Assembly: GCF_963921235.1 (NCBI RefSeq)
Contig: NC_086097.1
Location: 16,182,001 to 16,246,000 of the forward strand
Direction of reading: 5' to 3'
DNA from: Mobula hypostoma
Lineage: Eukaryota
Length of the DNA stretch: 64,000 nt
Within the stretch, counting starts at the first letter, position 1. Each line of letters starts with the position of its first letter. The notes under the pieces are model-generated. The model had not been told where the DNA came from. It made no database searches and worked only from the letters and a program-made list of their open reading frames with translations. Positions 1-11,581 of the stretch are shown one piece after another. Both the position numbers and the translations under genes were made by a program.

Positions 1-1840
1 AACGTCCTTAACTGCCTTGCCGACATCAACGACGAGGCCATTGCCCACCTGCCCCAGGTAGAGATCAACAAGAACCTCGACACCCTCCCCACAGTAGATG
101 AAGTCAGGAAGGCAGTGAAGCAACTCTCCTGTGGCAAAGCACCAGGACCCGATGCAATCCCTGCTGAGGTATACAAAGCAGGAGGCCCTGTCATGATGCA
201 AAAGCTGACTGTACTCTTCCAGTCCATGTGGAAAAAGGGACAGGTCCCACAACAGCTGAAAGATGCCAGCATAGTCCACATCTACAAGAGGAAAGGCAAC
301 TGCCAGTCTTGCGACAACCACCGAGGCATCTCCCTCTTGTCCATTGCGGGGAAGATTCTGGCCCGCGTCCCGCTCAACCGCCTTCTCCAACATCTTGAGC
401 AAGGTCTGCTCCCAGAAAGCCAGTGCAGCTTCTGTGCTGAACGTGGGACCGCGGACATGATTTTTGCTGAGCGCCAACTCCAGGAAAAATGCCAGGAGCA
501 ACACAGCAACCTCTTCGTGACCTTTGTCGATCTAACCAAGGCTTTTGATACGGTCAGCAGAGAAGGCTTGTGGAAGATCATGGAGAAGTTTGGCTGCCCC
601 AGCAAGTTCATCACAATCGTCCGGCAGTTCCACAACGGTATGATGGTGAAAGTTCTGGATGACGGCGACGAGTCGGAGGCCTTCCCAGTGACAAATGGCG
701 TCAAATAAGGCTGCGTTCTTGCCCTGACTCTGTTCAGTATGGTATTCTCTGCCATGCTGACAGATGCCTTCCGTAACTATGAAGAAGGAATCCACGTCAG
801 GTACAGGACTGACGACAGGCTGTTCAACCTTAGGCGCCTCCAGGCAGTTACAAAGGTGCGAGAGACTGTCATCAGAGACTTCTTGTTTGCTGATGACTGC
901 GCACTCAACGCCAGCACAGAGCAGGAGATGCAGCGTGAAATGGACTGCTTCTCACAAGCCTGCGATAACTTTGGTCTCACTATCAGCACCAAAAAGACCA
1001 AAGCTATGTACCAGCCTGCCCCAGGACAACTTCACCTACCTGGGCAGCATACTCTCTCGCGCAGTGAACATAGATGCTGAGGTCAACAACAGGATTTCCA
1101 AAGCCAGCACCACCTTTGGGAGACTCCGTGAGAACGTCTGGGAGTGGAGAGGACTCAGCCTTACCACCAAGCTGAAGGTCTACTGTGCAGTAGTCCTTAC
1201 CACCCTCCTTTACACCAGCGAGACCTGGACTGTCTACAGCAGACACGCCAAACAGCTCAACCACTTTCACCTGAGCTGTCTCTGCAGACTCCACCACATT
1301 AGGTGGCAGGACAAAGTCCCCGACATGGAAATCCTGGAATGAGCTGGGCTCTGCAGCGTCTACACCCTCCTGCTGAAAGCCCATGCCAGGTGGGCTGGAC
1401 ATGTGGTCAGAATGCTAGACAGCCGATTGCCTGAGCAGCTGCTGTACGGAGAACTGTGTCAGGGCAAGCGCTCAGTCGGGGGGGGGCAGAAGAAACGTTA
1501 TAAAGACTGCCTCAAAGCGTCCCTCAAAGGCCTGGGTGTTGACATCAACACGTGGGAGACGCTTGCCCTCGACCGTCCAGCTTGGCGCAGCAAGATCACC
1601 ACAGGAGCCCGTGTAGCTGAAGTCAGGCGCATCATCGAGATGCAACGAAAGCGTGCTGTGCGCAAGGCCCGAGCAGCATCCACTGCCACGACAGCACCCA
1701 CCCACTTGTGTCCCACATGTGGACGAGCCTTCAGGGCCCGGATTGGCGGCATCAGTCACCTCCGGACCCACAGCCACCAATCTCCCATTTGACTTTGAAG
1801 CCACGGTCATCTTCGACTACGAAGGACGAACAACAACTAC
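1..1840 (+). mobile_element. RTE-clade (BovB-like) non-LTR retrotransposon, 3' part, disrupted
   Basis: RT motifs GKAPGPD, RGISLLS, FVDLTKAFDTV, FLFADD across ORFs 115-708, 739-1080, 764-1342 and 1403-1792, broken by stops and a frameshift. C-terminal C2H2 finger CPTCGRAF..HLRTH. Short 3' UTR ending in a (CAA)n-like tail at ~1830. Confidence 0.9.
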
Positions 1841-2099
1841 TTAAAAATGACATTTTGGATGTAGTGACAATTGCATCTATTGAATGTTTGCACAAACAAT
1901 ACATTAATAAAGCACCTTGTTAAATATATAAAACATGTCTGCATCAGTGTTACTGTATCTTGTATTTCCATACAATGTTACATTAGGCTGTTACACATCT
2001 ATCGTCAGAGAAGTACTTGCATAAGTAGGTAAACCACCTCCATACAAGCAAGGACAGAAAACAGGGCAAAGTGAGTATACTTATTTATTCAGTATTCCA

Positions 2100-3345
2100 G
2101 TAAGTTTCAAATCCTTGGAGGAAGAATTCAAGGTAACAAGAGCCAGAGAAGTGCTACAGTATAGGGACTCAAGTGACCCAAAGGTGGCTAGAGCAGGGAT
2201 CCAAGTGAGGACTGGCAGGAAGTGGAGGGCAGAGGAAGCTGTTCAGGAGGCAAAGGCAAGGTGCATCACAGGAGGCTGGTGGGAGTGGTCACACGAGGTC
2301 GAGCTGGGCTAGGATCCTTTCCAACTCCCCAAATGGACACCAGAGGGAAGGAAAGGCGTCGTCTAGTTCAGGAGGAGGTGACAGCAGTAGGGGAGGAGAT
2401 GAGAGCCTGCAAGGCAATGGGAATGAAGCAACAGGGAGCTTGGACAAGATGGGAGAATGCGGTTGAGAGGAAAGTGACCTGGACTGATCTTTGGAAAGCC
2501 GAACCACACCGCATCCAATTTCTCATCCAGGCAGTGTACGATGTGCATCCAAGCCCATCAAACCTGCACACATGGGGCAAGGCAGAGTCATCTGCGTGCC
2601 CACTGTGCTCCAAGCAAGGAACCCTGGAGCACATCCTCAGCGGCTGTGCAAGGGCACTTAGTGAGGGACGGTAACGACAATGAGGAAGCAGTGTGCATGT
2701 GGCAAAATCTGCAAGAACGATCGTGGCTTGAAGGTCCACCAAGCGAGGATGAAGTGTTTGGCGGGAGCAGGAGCAGCACAACACGCAGGTGTCCAACCTA
2801 GTGAGACGAAGGAGGGGCCAGGCCCGGAGTCACCCCATAGTGCCCAGAACCTCCAAGTGTTGCAAACTAATCCCTCTAACATGAAGTCTAACAGGAGGCG
2901 GATCAAATGGCCTGCAGCTAACATGACTTCACTGTGGAAGCAGTTCGATGAAGATGTTAACCAAATTCTGGAGGCAACGGCGAAGGGAGGGGTTGATAGG
3001 AAGCTGCAAGCCATGACAACAATTATTGTCCCAGTGGAGGTTGGTTGTAGGGGATTCGTAGCCCGTTCTTTAGTTACAGCCTTCAGCATTTTGGGCATCA
3101 AGGGAGAGAGGAAGAGGAGAGCCATCCGCAGTACCACAGATGCAGCAGAGAGGGCCTCAAGATGGCTATGGCTCAAAAGAGGGGAGCCATGGAGTCATAA
3201 GTAGCTAGCCATCTGGACACAAGCTGGGGTCTGATCAGCCCTGGCTGGGTCACCTGGAGGAGGTTGTATGATGTTGAAAGACCCAAAACACCCAATGATT
3301 CCAGGAACATCACTGAAGATGTGTCCAGAAGCATCAATAGATGTA
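2100..3345 (+). mobile_element. Hero-like (RLE-type, R2 superfamily) non-LTR retrotransposon derivative, rearranged and internally deleted
   Basis: CCHC knuckle CPLCSKQGTLEHILSGC (2222-2674), N-terminal-type finger CACGKICKNDRGLKVHQARMKC, and RLE C-terminus PVEVGCRGF...AERASRWLW (2680-3204). Confidence 0.8.
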
Positions 3346-3439
3346 TGTACACAGCTTGGGTCAAAGTATTTGGTGAGTACATTTCTAACTCTTCTGGCTT
3401 CAGTCTCGTTGCCATCTGTTCTGAAATTGTTAGGTTGTG

Positions 3440-3775
3440 TGGGCGGTTGAAATTAATGTAGACAATAAACAACACACGCATGAAGCCGTCCGCCATTGTT
3501 ATTGTGGTGTTGGAGGTTGCGTTCGAAAACAATGAAATGCCGTGCTGCCGCCACCATCTGTTCCGGCACATCATGACAGCGTTTTCAAAAAGAGCCGGTT
3601 ACCCCGTACACACTACACCGACCATTAGGCGTTTTCAGATTTATTCACTCTGGAGAGCGTTTTTGAAAAGCTCCATTTTCGGGGGAGGAAAACGCCGTTT
3701 TAGTGTGGACAGAGAGTCAAAACAAAGAGAAAGAGCTTCGGTTATGGATTTATCTGGTCTGGTGGGGACGTAGCA
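3440..3775. mobile_element. Non-autonomous DNA transposon fragment, PIF/Harbinger-like terminus
   Basis: Terminal motif reading gctacgtccccaccagacc on the minus strand, with internal repeats cgtacacactac and tttagtgtggac. No ORF. Confidence 0.4.
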
Positions 3776-4149
3776 TAATAGTTTGTCAAACAGGACCTGC
3801 CTTTGCTGACTCCATGCTGCATCTGCCTAATGGTTCCAGTTGTTTCCAGATGCCTCGCTCTTCCTTCTTTAATGATGGCTGAAGCATTTTCCCAACCTAT
3901 ACCTCACTCTTCCAGCTTGGAAATCACCCAAGCCATTTTCAGATTCATTGTCAGATTTTGATACACATGTCCTTGGACAGCAGGGTCTAAAATATATCCA
4001 ATGTCGCCTTCACCCTGATAACCAGCTTCATGTGTGGTTGCATCAGGTTGTGAGTAGAATTTAAGTACTATCTGTCCCCAACGTTGCGAAGGATGGGATG
4101 GTCCAGTTGCCGTGATATGTCCCACTCAGCTGGACGTTGCTGCACTACC

Positions 4150-5090
4150 TGTCTTTGTGGAAAAGTTCTTCCGGATCAAGACATTTGACAAGTCCATCAG
4201 TCAGCGGTTAGTACGGAACATGGAGCAGATGCCACAGGAGAAGACTTGATGGACACAGTAGGGTGGTTCTCTGAGCAGAATGCCTCATTGCCAGATCTCA
4301 CCAATAGGCATCAGCACCTTGCCTGGCTGGCAATGAGAGGGGCCCTCCCAGTCAGATTCTTTCTGCATGCCTGGAGAATCACTCCCACTGTGTACTGCCC
4401 ATGGGATGATTGTAGTGAGTACAAGATGGTTGCTCAATTCACTGCAGATTGCGGATTTGCAAAGAGAGTATGGAGAAAGTTGGAAGGGCCTTTGTCACGA
4501 TCCATCTTGAGCAGGTTTGTGACTGAGGACTCTCTGATCTATGGGTTGTTCCCAGAGACACACACACATATGGATATCAGCTGCTGCTGGAAGATCACCA
4601 ACTTGGTGAAAGACACCCTTTTGTCTTCTGAAAACTTGTTGGTCTGCTTGCCCATTGAGATGTCCATAGAGCAGGGATTCCCAACCAGGCGTCCATGGAC
4701 CCTTCAGTAATGGTGGGGGTCCATACCATAAAAAATGTTGGGAACCCCTACCATAGAAGAATGCTGCTGTTTGGCACATTCTGGGCTGCAGGAGTACATC
4801 CCGAGGAACACACTGCAGCCATTGCAAAGGCTCAGTGGGGAAGGACCACAGTATACGGTTCTTCTGCTACTGAACAGAGAGTTTCTGGGTTGGGTGAGGA
4901 ATCGTTTCAATTATTTTAATAGTGTATCTCCCCAGGGGACCACATGAGTGGCAACAATCCTAGTTGTCTTAAGGTATGTTATAAAATATTCCTTTATGCT
5001 TGACAATAAATGTGAGAATGAAAAGGCATTGCACGGTTTATTCTTGTAGATATGCCTTATTATGAATAAAGTTTATTTTAGTTATAAAAA
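4150..5090 (+). mobile_element. Tx1/L1-clade LINE 3' end, degenerate
   Basis: ORF 4246-4710 carries a zf-RVT-like region (WLAMRGALPVR..CPWDDC..CGFAKRVW). Ends in aataaa plus an A-rich tail at ~5065-5090. Confidence 0.7.
4672..4750. mobile_element. 79-bp hAT-type MITE
   Basis: TIRs cagggattcccaac / gttgggaaccccta; 8-bp TSD ccatagag / ccatagaa. Interrupts the Tx1 fragment. Confidence 0.8.
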
Positions 5091-5148
5091 TTAACAATGA
5101 TTTATATTCTTTAAACAGCATGTGTAACTGCAATAATTAAACCAAGTA

Positions 5149-5302
5149 CAGGTCGACCTTCACTAATCCGGCACCATTGAGACCTGAGGAGTGCCGGATT
5201 AGTGAAAATGCCGAATTACAGAAGAATCACATTAAGCATAATCAGTGCCGGATTATCGAAGGAACCGGATTACAGGTAACCGGATTAGTGAAGGTTGACC
5301 TG
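5149..5302. mobile_element. Tc1/pogo (Tigger-like) MITE
   Basis: TA-flanked TIRs caggtcgaccttcactaatccgg / ccggattagtgaaggttgacctg; internal ccggatta repeats. Confidence 0.85.
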
Positions 5303-5824
5303 TACTTCACAAACTCTAGTTTGTCCATTCTACCTTTTATTTATACATTATTCTCACTGATGCCCAAGTAACACATAGCACAAATAATTGAAACTGATAC
5401 TCTTACATATTTAGGGAAATCTTAATCTAATTTTAACTACTTGTAATATTTTTAATATTTAATATTTGTAATCCGGGGAGTGTGAAGCGCAGAATCAAAT
5501 ATCGCTTTGATGATTGTACGTTCTAGTACCAATTGTTTGGTGACAATAAAGTATAAAGTATAAATCTCTTTACACTTCCCATCTTGCTCAAGGTGTTGGC
5601 TACATTTTATTGGATTGAGCTCCAGCATTTTATGTGTCTTGCTCTGTAAATTTTAATTTTTTTTTATTATTATTATCACAACTCTGTTTTGCATGCCATC
5701 CATATAGATTATTTCATCACATCGGTGCTTTGAGTCGGTACAGGAGAAAAGCAATAACAGAATGCAGAATAAAGTGATATAATTACAGTGAAAGTGCAGG
5801 TTGATAGCAATGTGCAAGGTTATA

Positions 5825-5945
5825 CAGTACTGTGCAAAAGACTTAGGCACCCTAGCTATATATACAGTGTATATATATACCAATTTCCCTTGGGATCAAT
5901 AAAGTATGACTATATATATGTGCCTAACAGTTTTGCACAGTACTG
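5825..5945. mobile_element. Tc1-like MITE containing a short LINE 3' tail
   Basis: TA-flanked TIRs cagtactgtgcaaaagacttaggcac / gtgcctaacagttttgcacagtactg. Related copies at ~18905-18958 and ~19336-19402. Confidence 0.8.
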
Positions 5946-6218
5946 TAACAAGGTAGATTGTGAGGCTGAGTACATTTTGTTATATTAGGAGACATTCAAT
6001 AGTGTGAGAGAAGCTGGTGCTTGAGTCTGGCGGGTCATGTTGCTAGGGTCATTCAGGGGTTATGAAATTATGCATAGCATATTTATTGATTAACTAAAGT
6101 GAGAACCAGTTTTCAGGTAAAAGAATCTGTTCATTCTTTAACTTCCAACTGGTACTTTGTGGCTAGTGAACCCAGTCATTGAAATAACACAGGGAAAAAC
6201 AATAGATGAATGTTGCTA

Positions 6219-6353
6219 AACACAAGAGATTCTGCAGATGCTGGAAATTTTGAGGAATACACAAAGTGCTGGAGGAAACCAACAGGTCAGGCAGCAGCTA
6301 CGGAGGGGAATAAACAGTTGACATTTTGGGCTGAGTCCATTCATCAGGACTGA
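6219..6353 (-). mobile_element. Penelope-like terminal repeat fragment with degenerate hammerhead motif
   Basis: Same repeat as the ends of the 10435-11581 element. Reverse complement of 6315-6352 reads cagtc-ctgatga-atggactcagccc-aaaa-tgtc-aactg. Confidence 0.7.
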
Positions 6354-7307
6354 TGAATGTTCCTGCTATTAGCACTTTATTAAATGTGTATCACAGCTCA
6401 GGTGACACACACAAAAATTCACTGCTCAGGTGAGATGTTTTGTCACTTAACCTGGTTAGTTGTAAATTCATGGAGTCATGAATATAGTCAATACTTGTAA
6501 CAAAAAGTTATCTGGCTTTTAGAATTGGTAGATAGATAGATAAATACTTTATTGGTCCCAAAGGAAATTACCGTGTCACAGTAGCATAACAAGTGCACAG
6601 ATATACAAATATTAGGAGAAAAGTAAGAAACAATAAAAAAATAAGTTACCTCAAACAGTCCAATAGGAGGAGGCCATCACTTTCCCAACTATGGGTTGAT
6701 TTATTATAGTGCCTAATGGCCAAGTGTAAAAATGACCTCCTATGGTGCTCTTTGGTACTATTGTTGAATATGCAAAGCAGTCCTGCTAGTTGGGATGTGC
6801 TACCAATGTAAATAAGTAATTCTGCAAATTTACCTGACAATTGTCCAAATTAAATTGGTGATTGTAGCAATTGAAGCTGCAGTTAATTGTTCATTGCTAT
6901 TTTGTGTTGAAGAAGTATAAAACATGCTGTCAGGAGAATGCAATTCTCTTGGATTCTCCTGAACATTCTGTCTCCTGGAGGCTCACTGTGTGAATAAACA
7001 CTTTCATATTTCCTAGTTACAGCTTCCATGTGGCTCAGTTTTAGTTCTGTCACAAGACCTGCTTTCAAGCTTTTGTATTTTTTGCCCAGTGGGAGGGGGG
7101 AGAAAAGAAAGTGAGTCCAGAGTGTGTGAAGTCTTTGAATTTGTTGGCTGCTTTAGAGGGGTAGTGCGAAGTATAGACAGAGTCCATGGAGGAGAGGCTG
7201 GCTTCTGTGATGTGCTGAGTCATGTCTAGAATTCTCAGAATCAGGTTTATTATCACTGGCATATGTTGTGAAATTTGCCATCTTTGCAGCAGTTGTACAA
7301 TGTAATA

Positions 7308-8198
7308 GTTCGATGATTCAATTTAGTATCAGAGAATGTATACAGTACACAACCTGAAATCCTTACTCTTAATAGACATCCACGAAACAGAAAAAAAACA
7401 ATGACAGAAACGTTAGAAACATTAGAATCCCAGAGCCACCCTCCCCCCTACGCACATGCGGCAGCAAAAGCATCAACCCTCCCCCCAGTTGCTCCAACAA
7501 AACCATCAACCCCTACAATCCATCATGCAAGCAATAGCAATGGCCCCAGAGACCATGATCTAGAGTCCATCAAAAATTACTGTTCATCTCAACACTTCAA
7601 CATCTCAGACAGGCTCTCTCTCTCTCTCTCTCTCACTAGTGAGGGAGAGAGAGATAGCACTCCTACCACAGTGAGAGGGGAGATCAACAGTTCGTTGTTT
7701 CGATGTTATAATCTGCTGTGTCGCTTCCATGTGCCCCTACCTCTACCTGAGGACCAACAAATTCTCACTCACCATTGAGAGAGAGAGATTGGTTGAGTGC
7801 AGAGGCCTTCTTTAGACAGCAGTGTATACCATGTGCCTCCTGTCTCGATGTTTCAATCTCCTATGATGCTTCAGTTGGCAACACTGGCAAGAAATTGGGT
7901 CATCCATGGGACTGCAGCCCAAAGGTACACATCTTCCAGGACACACCTGGTGATATTGAATGCCAGGCTGCTCAATGAGTTCTGAGAGCGAGAACCCACC
8001 TCCCCCGGCCCCCCTTGAAGAACTGTAGTTTGAGCGCAGCTGTAGATCACGGACTTCGACAAGACCCCAGCCACCTTGAAAAAGAGAGAAAAGAGATATG
8101 TGAAGAGGAGAATTAAACTGTTTCACAGACGAACTGGAAGAAGTCGCCGCCCAGGTTCGCAAAAACCTCCGGCGCCATCTTTAACTGCTCCCACTCCC
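7308..8198 (-). mobile_element. Non-autonomous LINE-derived retroelement, ~0.9 kb, no ORF
   Basis: 5' end GGGAGTGGGAGCAGTTAAAGATGGCGCCGG, LINE-like 3' tail, flanked by aata/aata, inserted into another repeat tail. Confidence 0.55.
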
Positions 8199-8229
8199 AA
8201 TACATAATAATAGATTACAGTTTTAAAAA

Positions 8230-8690
8230 CAAGTGTGCCTTCTGGGTGATGGGGGGGGGGGTCCTTAATGATGGATGCCACCTTTCTGAGGCATTGCTCC
8301 TTGAAGATATCCTGACTGCTGGAGGCTAGTGCCCAGGATTAAGCTGACTGAATACACAACTTTCTGCAGCTTCTTTTGATCCTGTGCAGTAGCCACCCCC
8401 ATATCAATCAGATCGTGACGCAGCCAGTTAGAACGCTGTCCACGTTACATATGTAGAAATATTCGAGTGTCTTTGGTAACATACCAAATCTCCTCAAACT
8501 CCCAATGAAATTATAGCTGCTGTCGTGCCTTCTTTGCAGCTGCATCGATATGTTGGGCCCAGGATAGATCCTCAGAGATATTGACACCCAGGAACTTGAA
8601 ATTATTCTCTCTTTCCACTTCAGATCCCTCTGAGGACTGGTGTGTGTTCCCTTATCTTGCCCTTTCTGAAGTCTACAACCAGTTATTTGG
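8230..8690 (-). mobile_element. Rex1/L2-like LINE fragment, degenerate
   Basis: ORF 8408-8740 ends LRRFGMLPKTLEYFYICNVDSVLTGCVT, similar to the Rex1 RT C-terminus at 34157-35149. Confidence 0.7.
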
Positions 8691-8754
8691 CTTCTGTCTC
8701 TCTCTCTATGCTGTTGGAAGATGTTACTGAAGTTCTGCAATTTATCGGCTAGAG

Positions 8755-9555
8755 TCTAACATGCCCCTGGACAAGTTCTGGATTTCTGTGAAGGAAGAGT
8801 ATCTTGCCTTTCATGGGAAGGCAGTGAACATCTTGCTGCAGTTTTCAACTTCTTACATGTGTAAGCAAGCTTTTTCTTGTTTAACAAGCATCAAGAGCAA
8901 GGATAGAGATTGTCTCATTTCAGTTGAAGGTGAAATCCGTGTGTGGTTATCTCAAGTTCAACCCAGAATTGAGTCCTTGTGCGGCAAAAACCAAGCACAG
9001 GTTTCATGAGCTAGGCCTATATTTGAGCCTGAACATGTGACTTAGTAAGAAAAAGCTTTTTCAAAGTCTTGTATAAAATTGTGTCTTAGGCTATATTTTT
9101 ATTCATATTGCTTTGGCTTATGGTTTTTAGTAACTTTACTATTCAACATTGTCAATGTTGTCATGTTGTAAATAGCATTAATTAAAATCAATTTACAACT
9201 TTAAATGTACTAAGCCTGCCTTGAGAAAAATTAGATTCCGTTTTGGCTTAAGCCAGTTATTTAACAGAAATTTATTATATTCACCTTATGAATTTTTAAA
9301 ATTTATGAAATGGAAAGAAAGATTAATTTCAAGAAAGGCAAGCTGAGCTTAAGTACCTGCTTTTTTCCAGAAAAGTTGGCTAAAAATTAGTTCTCTATTC
9401 AAAATAGCATTGACAATTATTTTTGGATTATTTGATCACGCTAATCACACTAACGTACCATGAGCTGTAGATGTAATAATTTTTACGCAAAGATTCCCTG
9501 AGACTTGAAAATTATTTCAAGGGTTCCTCCAGGGCATAAAGGTTGAGAAAGGCTG
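8755..9555 (+). mobile_element. hAT (Buster/Charlie-type) transposon 3' part
   Basis: ORF 8761-9009 is a hAT C-terminal dimerisation region (FWISVKEEY..LLQFSTSYMCKQAFS..QAQVS). Right TIR aaggttgagaaaggctg is followed by the 8-mer gattagac. Confidence 0.8.
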
Positions 9556-9639
9556 GATTAGACTGTGGACTGTGGTTTCTTCCAGTTTTAGAGTTTTTGT
9601 ATTCTGTGTTTTTCCCATTCTTTCTTGTTGCCACGATCT

Positions 9640-10070
9640 GCTTGGCGCAATTTTTTAGGTTTTTTTGTGCAAGTGTAGGGGATTTGGGGGTTGATATTTT
9701 TGTTGCCATTTGGCACGTTTTGTTAGTTTTTTTGTGCGGGGTGTTTTGGGTTTGATGCTCTTATTGCCATTTGGTGCTTTTTGTTAGTTTTTTTTCTGTG
9801 GTATGTTTTGGGTTTGATGTTCTTGTTACCATTTTGTTAGTTTGGTTTTATTGTGCAGGGTGTTTTGGGTTTGATGTCTTGTTGCCATTTGGTGCTTTTT
9901 ATTAGTTTTTTTGTGTGAGGATGTTTTGGGTTTGATGTCTTGCTGTCTGACATGTTTAGTTAGTTTTTTTGTGCGGGGTGTTTGGGTTTGATGTTCTTGT
10001 GGGGTTAGGTGCATTTTGTTCATTGTTTTGTGGGTGGGGGGTGTTTGGGGGCTAATGATCATGTTGCCGT
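9640..10070. repeat. T/G-rich ~60-bp minisatellite, about 6 degenerate copies
   Basis: Recurrent unit gtgttttgggtttgatgttcttgttgccatttggtgcttttttgttagttttttttgtgcggg, followed by a LINE-like 3' tail ending at ~10225. Confidence 0.8.
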
Positions 10071-10434
10071 TGGTTTTTTTTGTGCAGCAGGGATGAATTT
10101 GAAGTTTTTCCTTGAACGATTTCTGTTGTTTTCTTTGTTTCATGGCAATTTGGAGAAGACAAATCTCAGAGTTGTATATTGCATACATACTTTGATAATA
10201 AATTAACTTTTGAACCTTTGAACCTGACATTGAGTGCAAGGGTTGTTGGTGTGACACGATTCAATTAACTAATGTATCTCAGTCCTGCACACCTTCTCAT
10301 CATCTGAAATTCAGTCAACAATAGAAGTATTATCAGCAAATTTATAGATTACTTTTGAGCTGTGCCTAGCCACACAGTCATGGGTGTTGAGAAAGTAGAG
10401 CAGTGAACTAAGCACATATCCTTGAGGTGCAACA

Positions 10435-11581
10435 CACACAAAATGCTGAAAGAACTCAGCAAGTCAGGCAGCATCTATAGAAAGGAGTAAACAGTTGACA
10501 TTTCAGGCCAAGACCCTTCTTCAGGACTGAGAATGAAGTGGGAAGGTGCCAGAATAAAAAGTGGGGGAAGGGGAAAGAAGCTAGCTGGAAGATAATAGGT
10601 GAATCCAGGTGGGTGGGAAAGATCAAGGGCAGGAGAAGAACTGAATATGATAGATGACCCCAGCAGATTCACAGGTGGAGTGTTGCCTCACATGAAAAGA
10701 ATGTGAGGCCCTTAATGGAGGTGAGGGAAGAAGTGTGTGGGCACTTAGGCCACTTGTCAGGATAAGCACTGGAGGGAAATTAGCGAGGAGGGAAAAATGG
10801 ACAAGGAAATCGTGTAGGGAGTGATCCCTGTGAAAAACAGAGGGGGGAGGAGATATGTTTAGTGGTAGGATCCCTTTGGAGATGGCATAAGTTGCAGAGG
10901 ATATTGTATTGGATGTGGAGGCTGATGATGTGTTAGGTAAGGACAAAAGGGATTATCTCTATTACCGTGGCAGGAAGATGGGGTGAGCTCGGATATACTG
11001 GAAATGCACCTCTGTGCCATACCCCACAAACAGGATTTCTTGGTGGCCAAACATTTCAATTCCAATTCCCATTCCTGTCCAACCTGTTGATCCATGGCCT
11101 CTTGTGCCAAGATGAGGCCACCCTCAGGACGAAGGAGCAACGCCTTATACTGTATTCCATCTGGGTACCTTCCAACCTGATGGCATAAATATCGATTTCT
11201 CTGTCCAGTGAATAAATCTTCCTCCCTAACCCCCCATCCCTCCATTCCCCATTCTGACCTTTCACTTCTTGTCACCTGCCTATTACTTCCCCAGGGTCCC
11301 CTTTTCCTTCCCTTTCTCCTACTGTCCTCTCTCCTCTCCTATCAGATACTTTCTTCTCCAGCCCTTTACCTTTCCTACCCACCTGGCTTCACCTATCACC
11401 TTCCAGCTAGCCTTCTTCCCCTCGCCCCACCTTTTTATTCTGGCATCTTCCCCCTTCTTTCTCAGTTCTGATGAAGGGTCTTGACCCAAAATGTTGACTG
11501 TTTACTCTTTTCCATAGATGCTGCTTGACCTGCTGAGTTCCTCCAGCATTTTGCGTGCGTTGCTTTGGATTTCCAGCATCA
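10435..11581. mobile_element. Penelope-like element with an inverted 5' segment
   Basis: GIY-YIG C-terminal remnants (VAKHFNSNSHS, LRTKEQRLI, LGTFQPDGINIDF) at ~11040-11200. The same terminal repeat occurs on - at 10435-10640 and on + at ~11340-11581. Confidence 0.8.
10492..10529 (-). ncRNA. Minimal type I hammerhead ribozyme motif, Penelope-associated; best-preserved copy
   Basis: Reverse complement: CAGTC CTGAAGA A GGG TCTTGG CCT GAAA TGTC AACTG = stem I, CUGANGA, stem II, GAAA, UH, stem I'. Confidence 0.6.

Noticed and set aside
9640..10070. CRISPR-like array
   Set aside because: The units are contiguous and degenerate with no unique spacers, there are no cas genes, and the context is vertebrate.
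9826..10257. 143-aa K/Q/T-rich minus-strand ORF
   Set aside because: Translation of the minisatellite; a compositional artefact.
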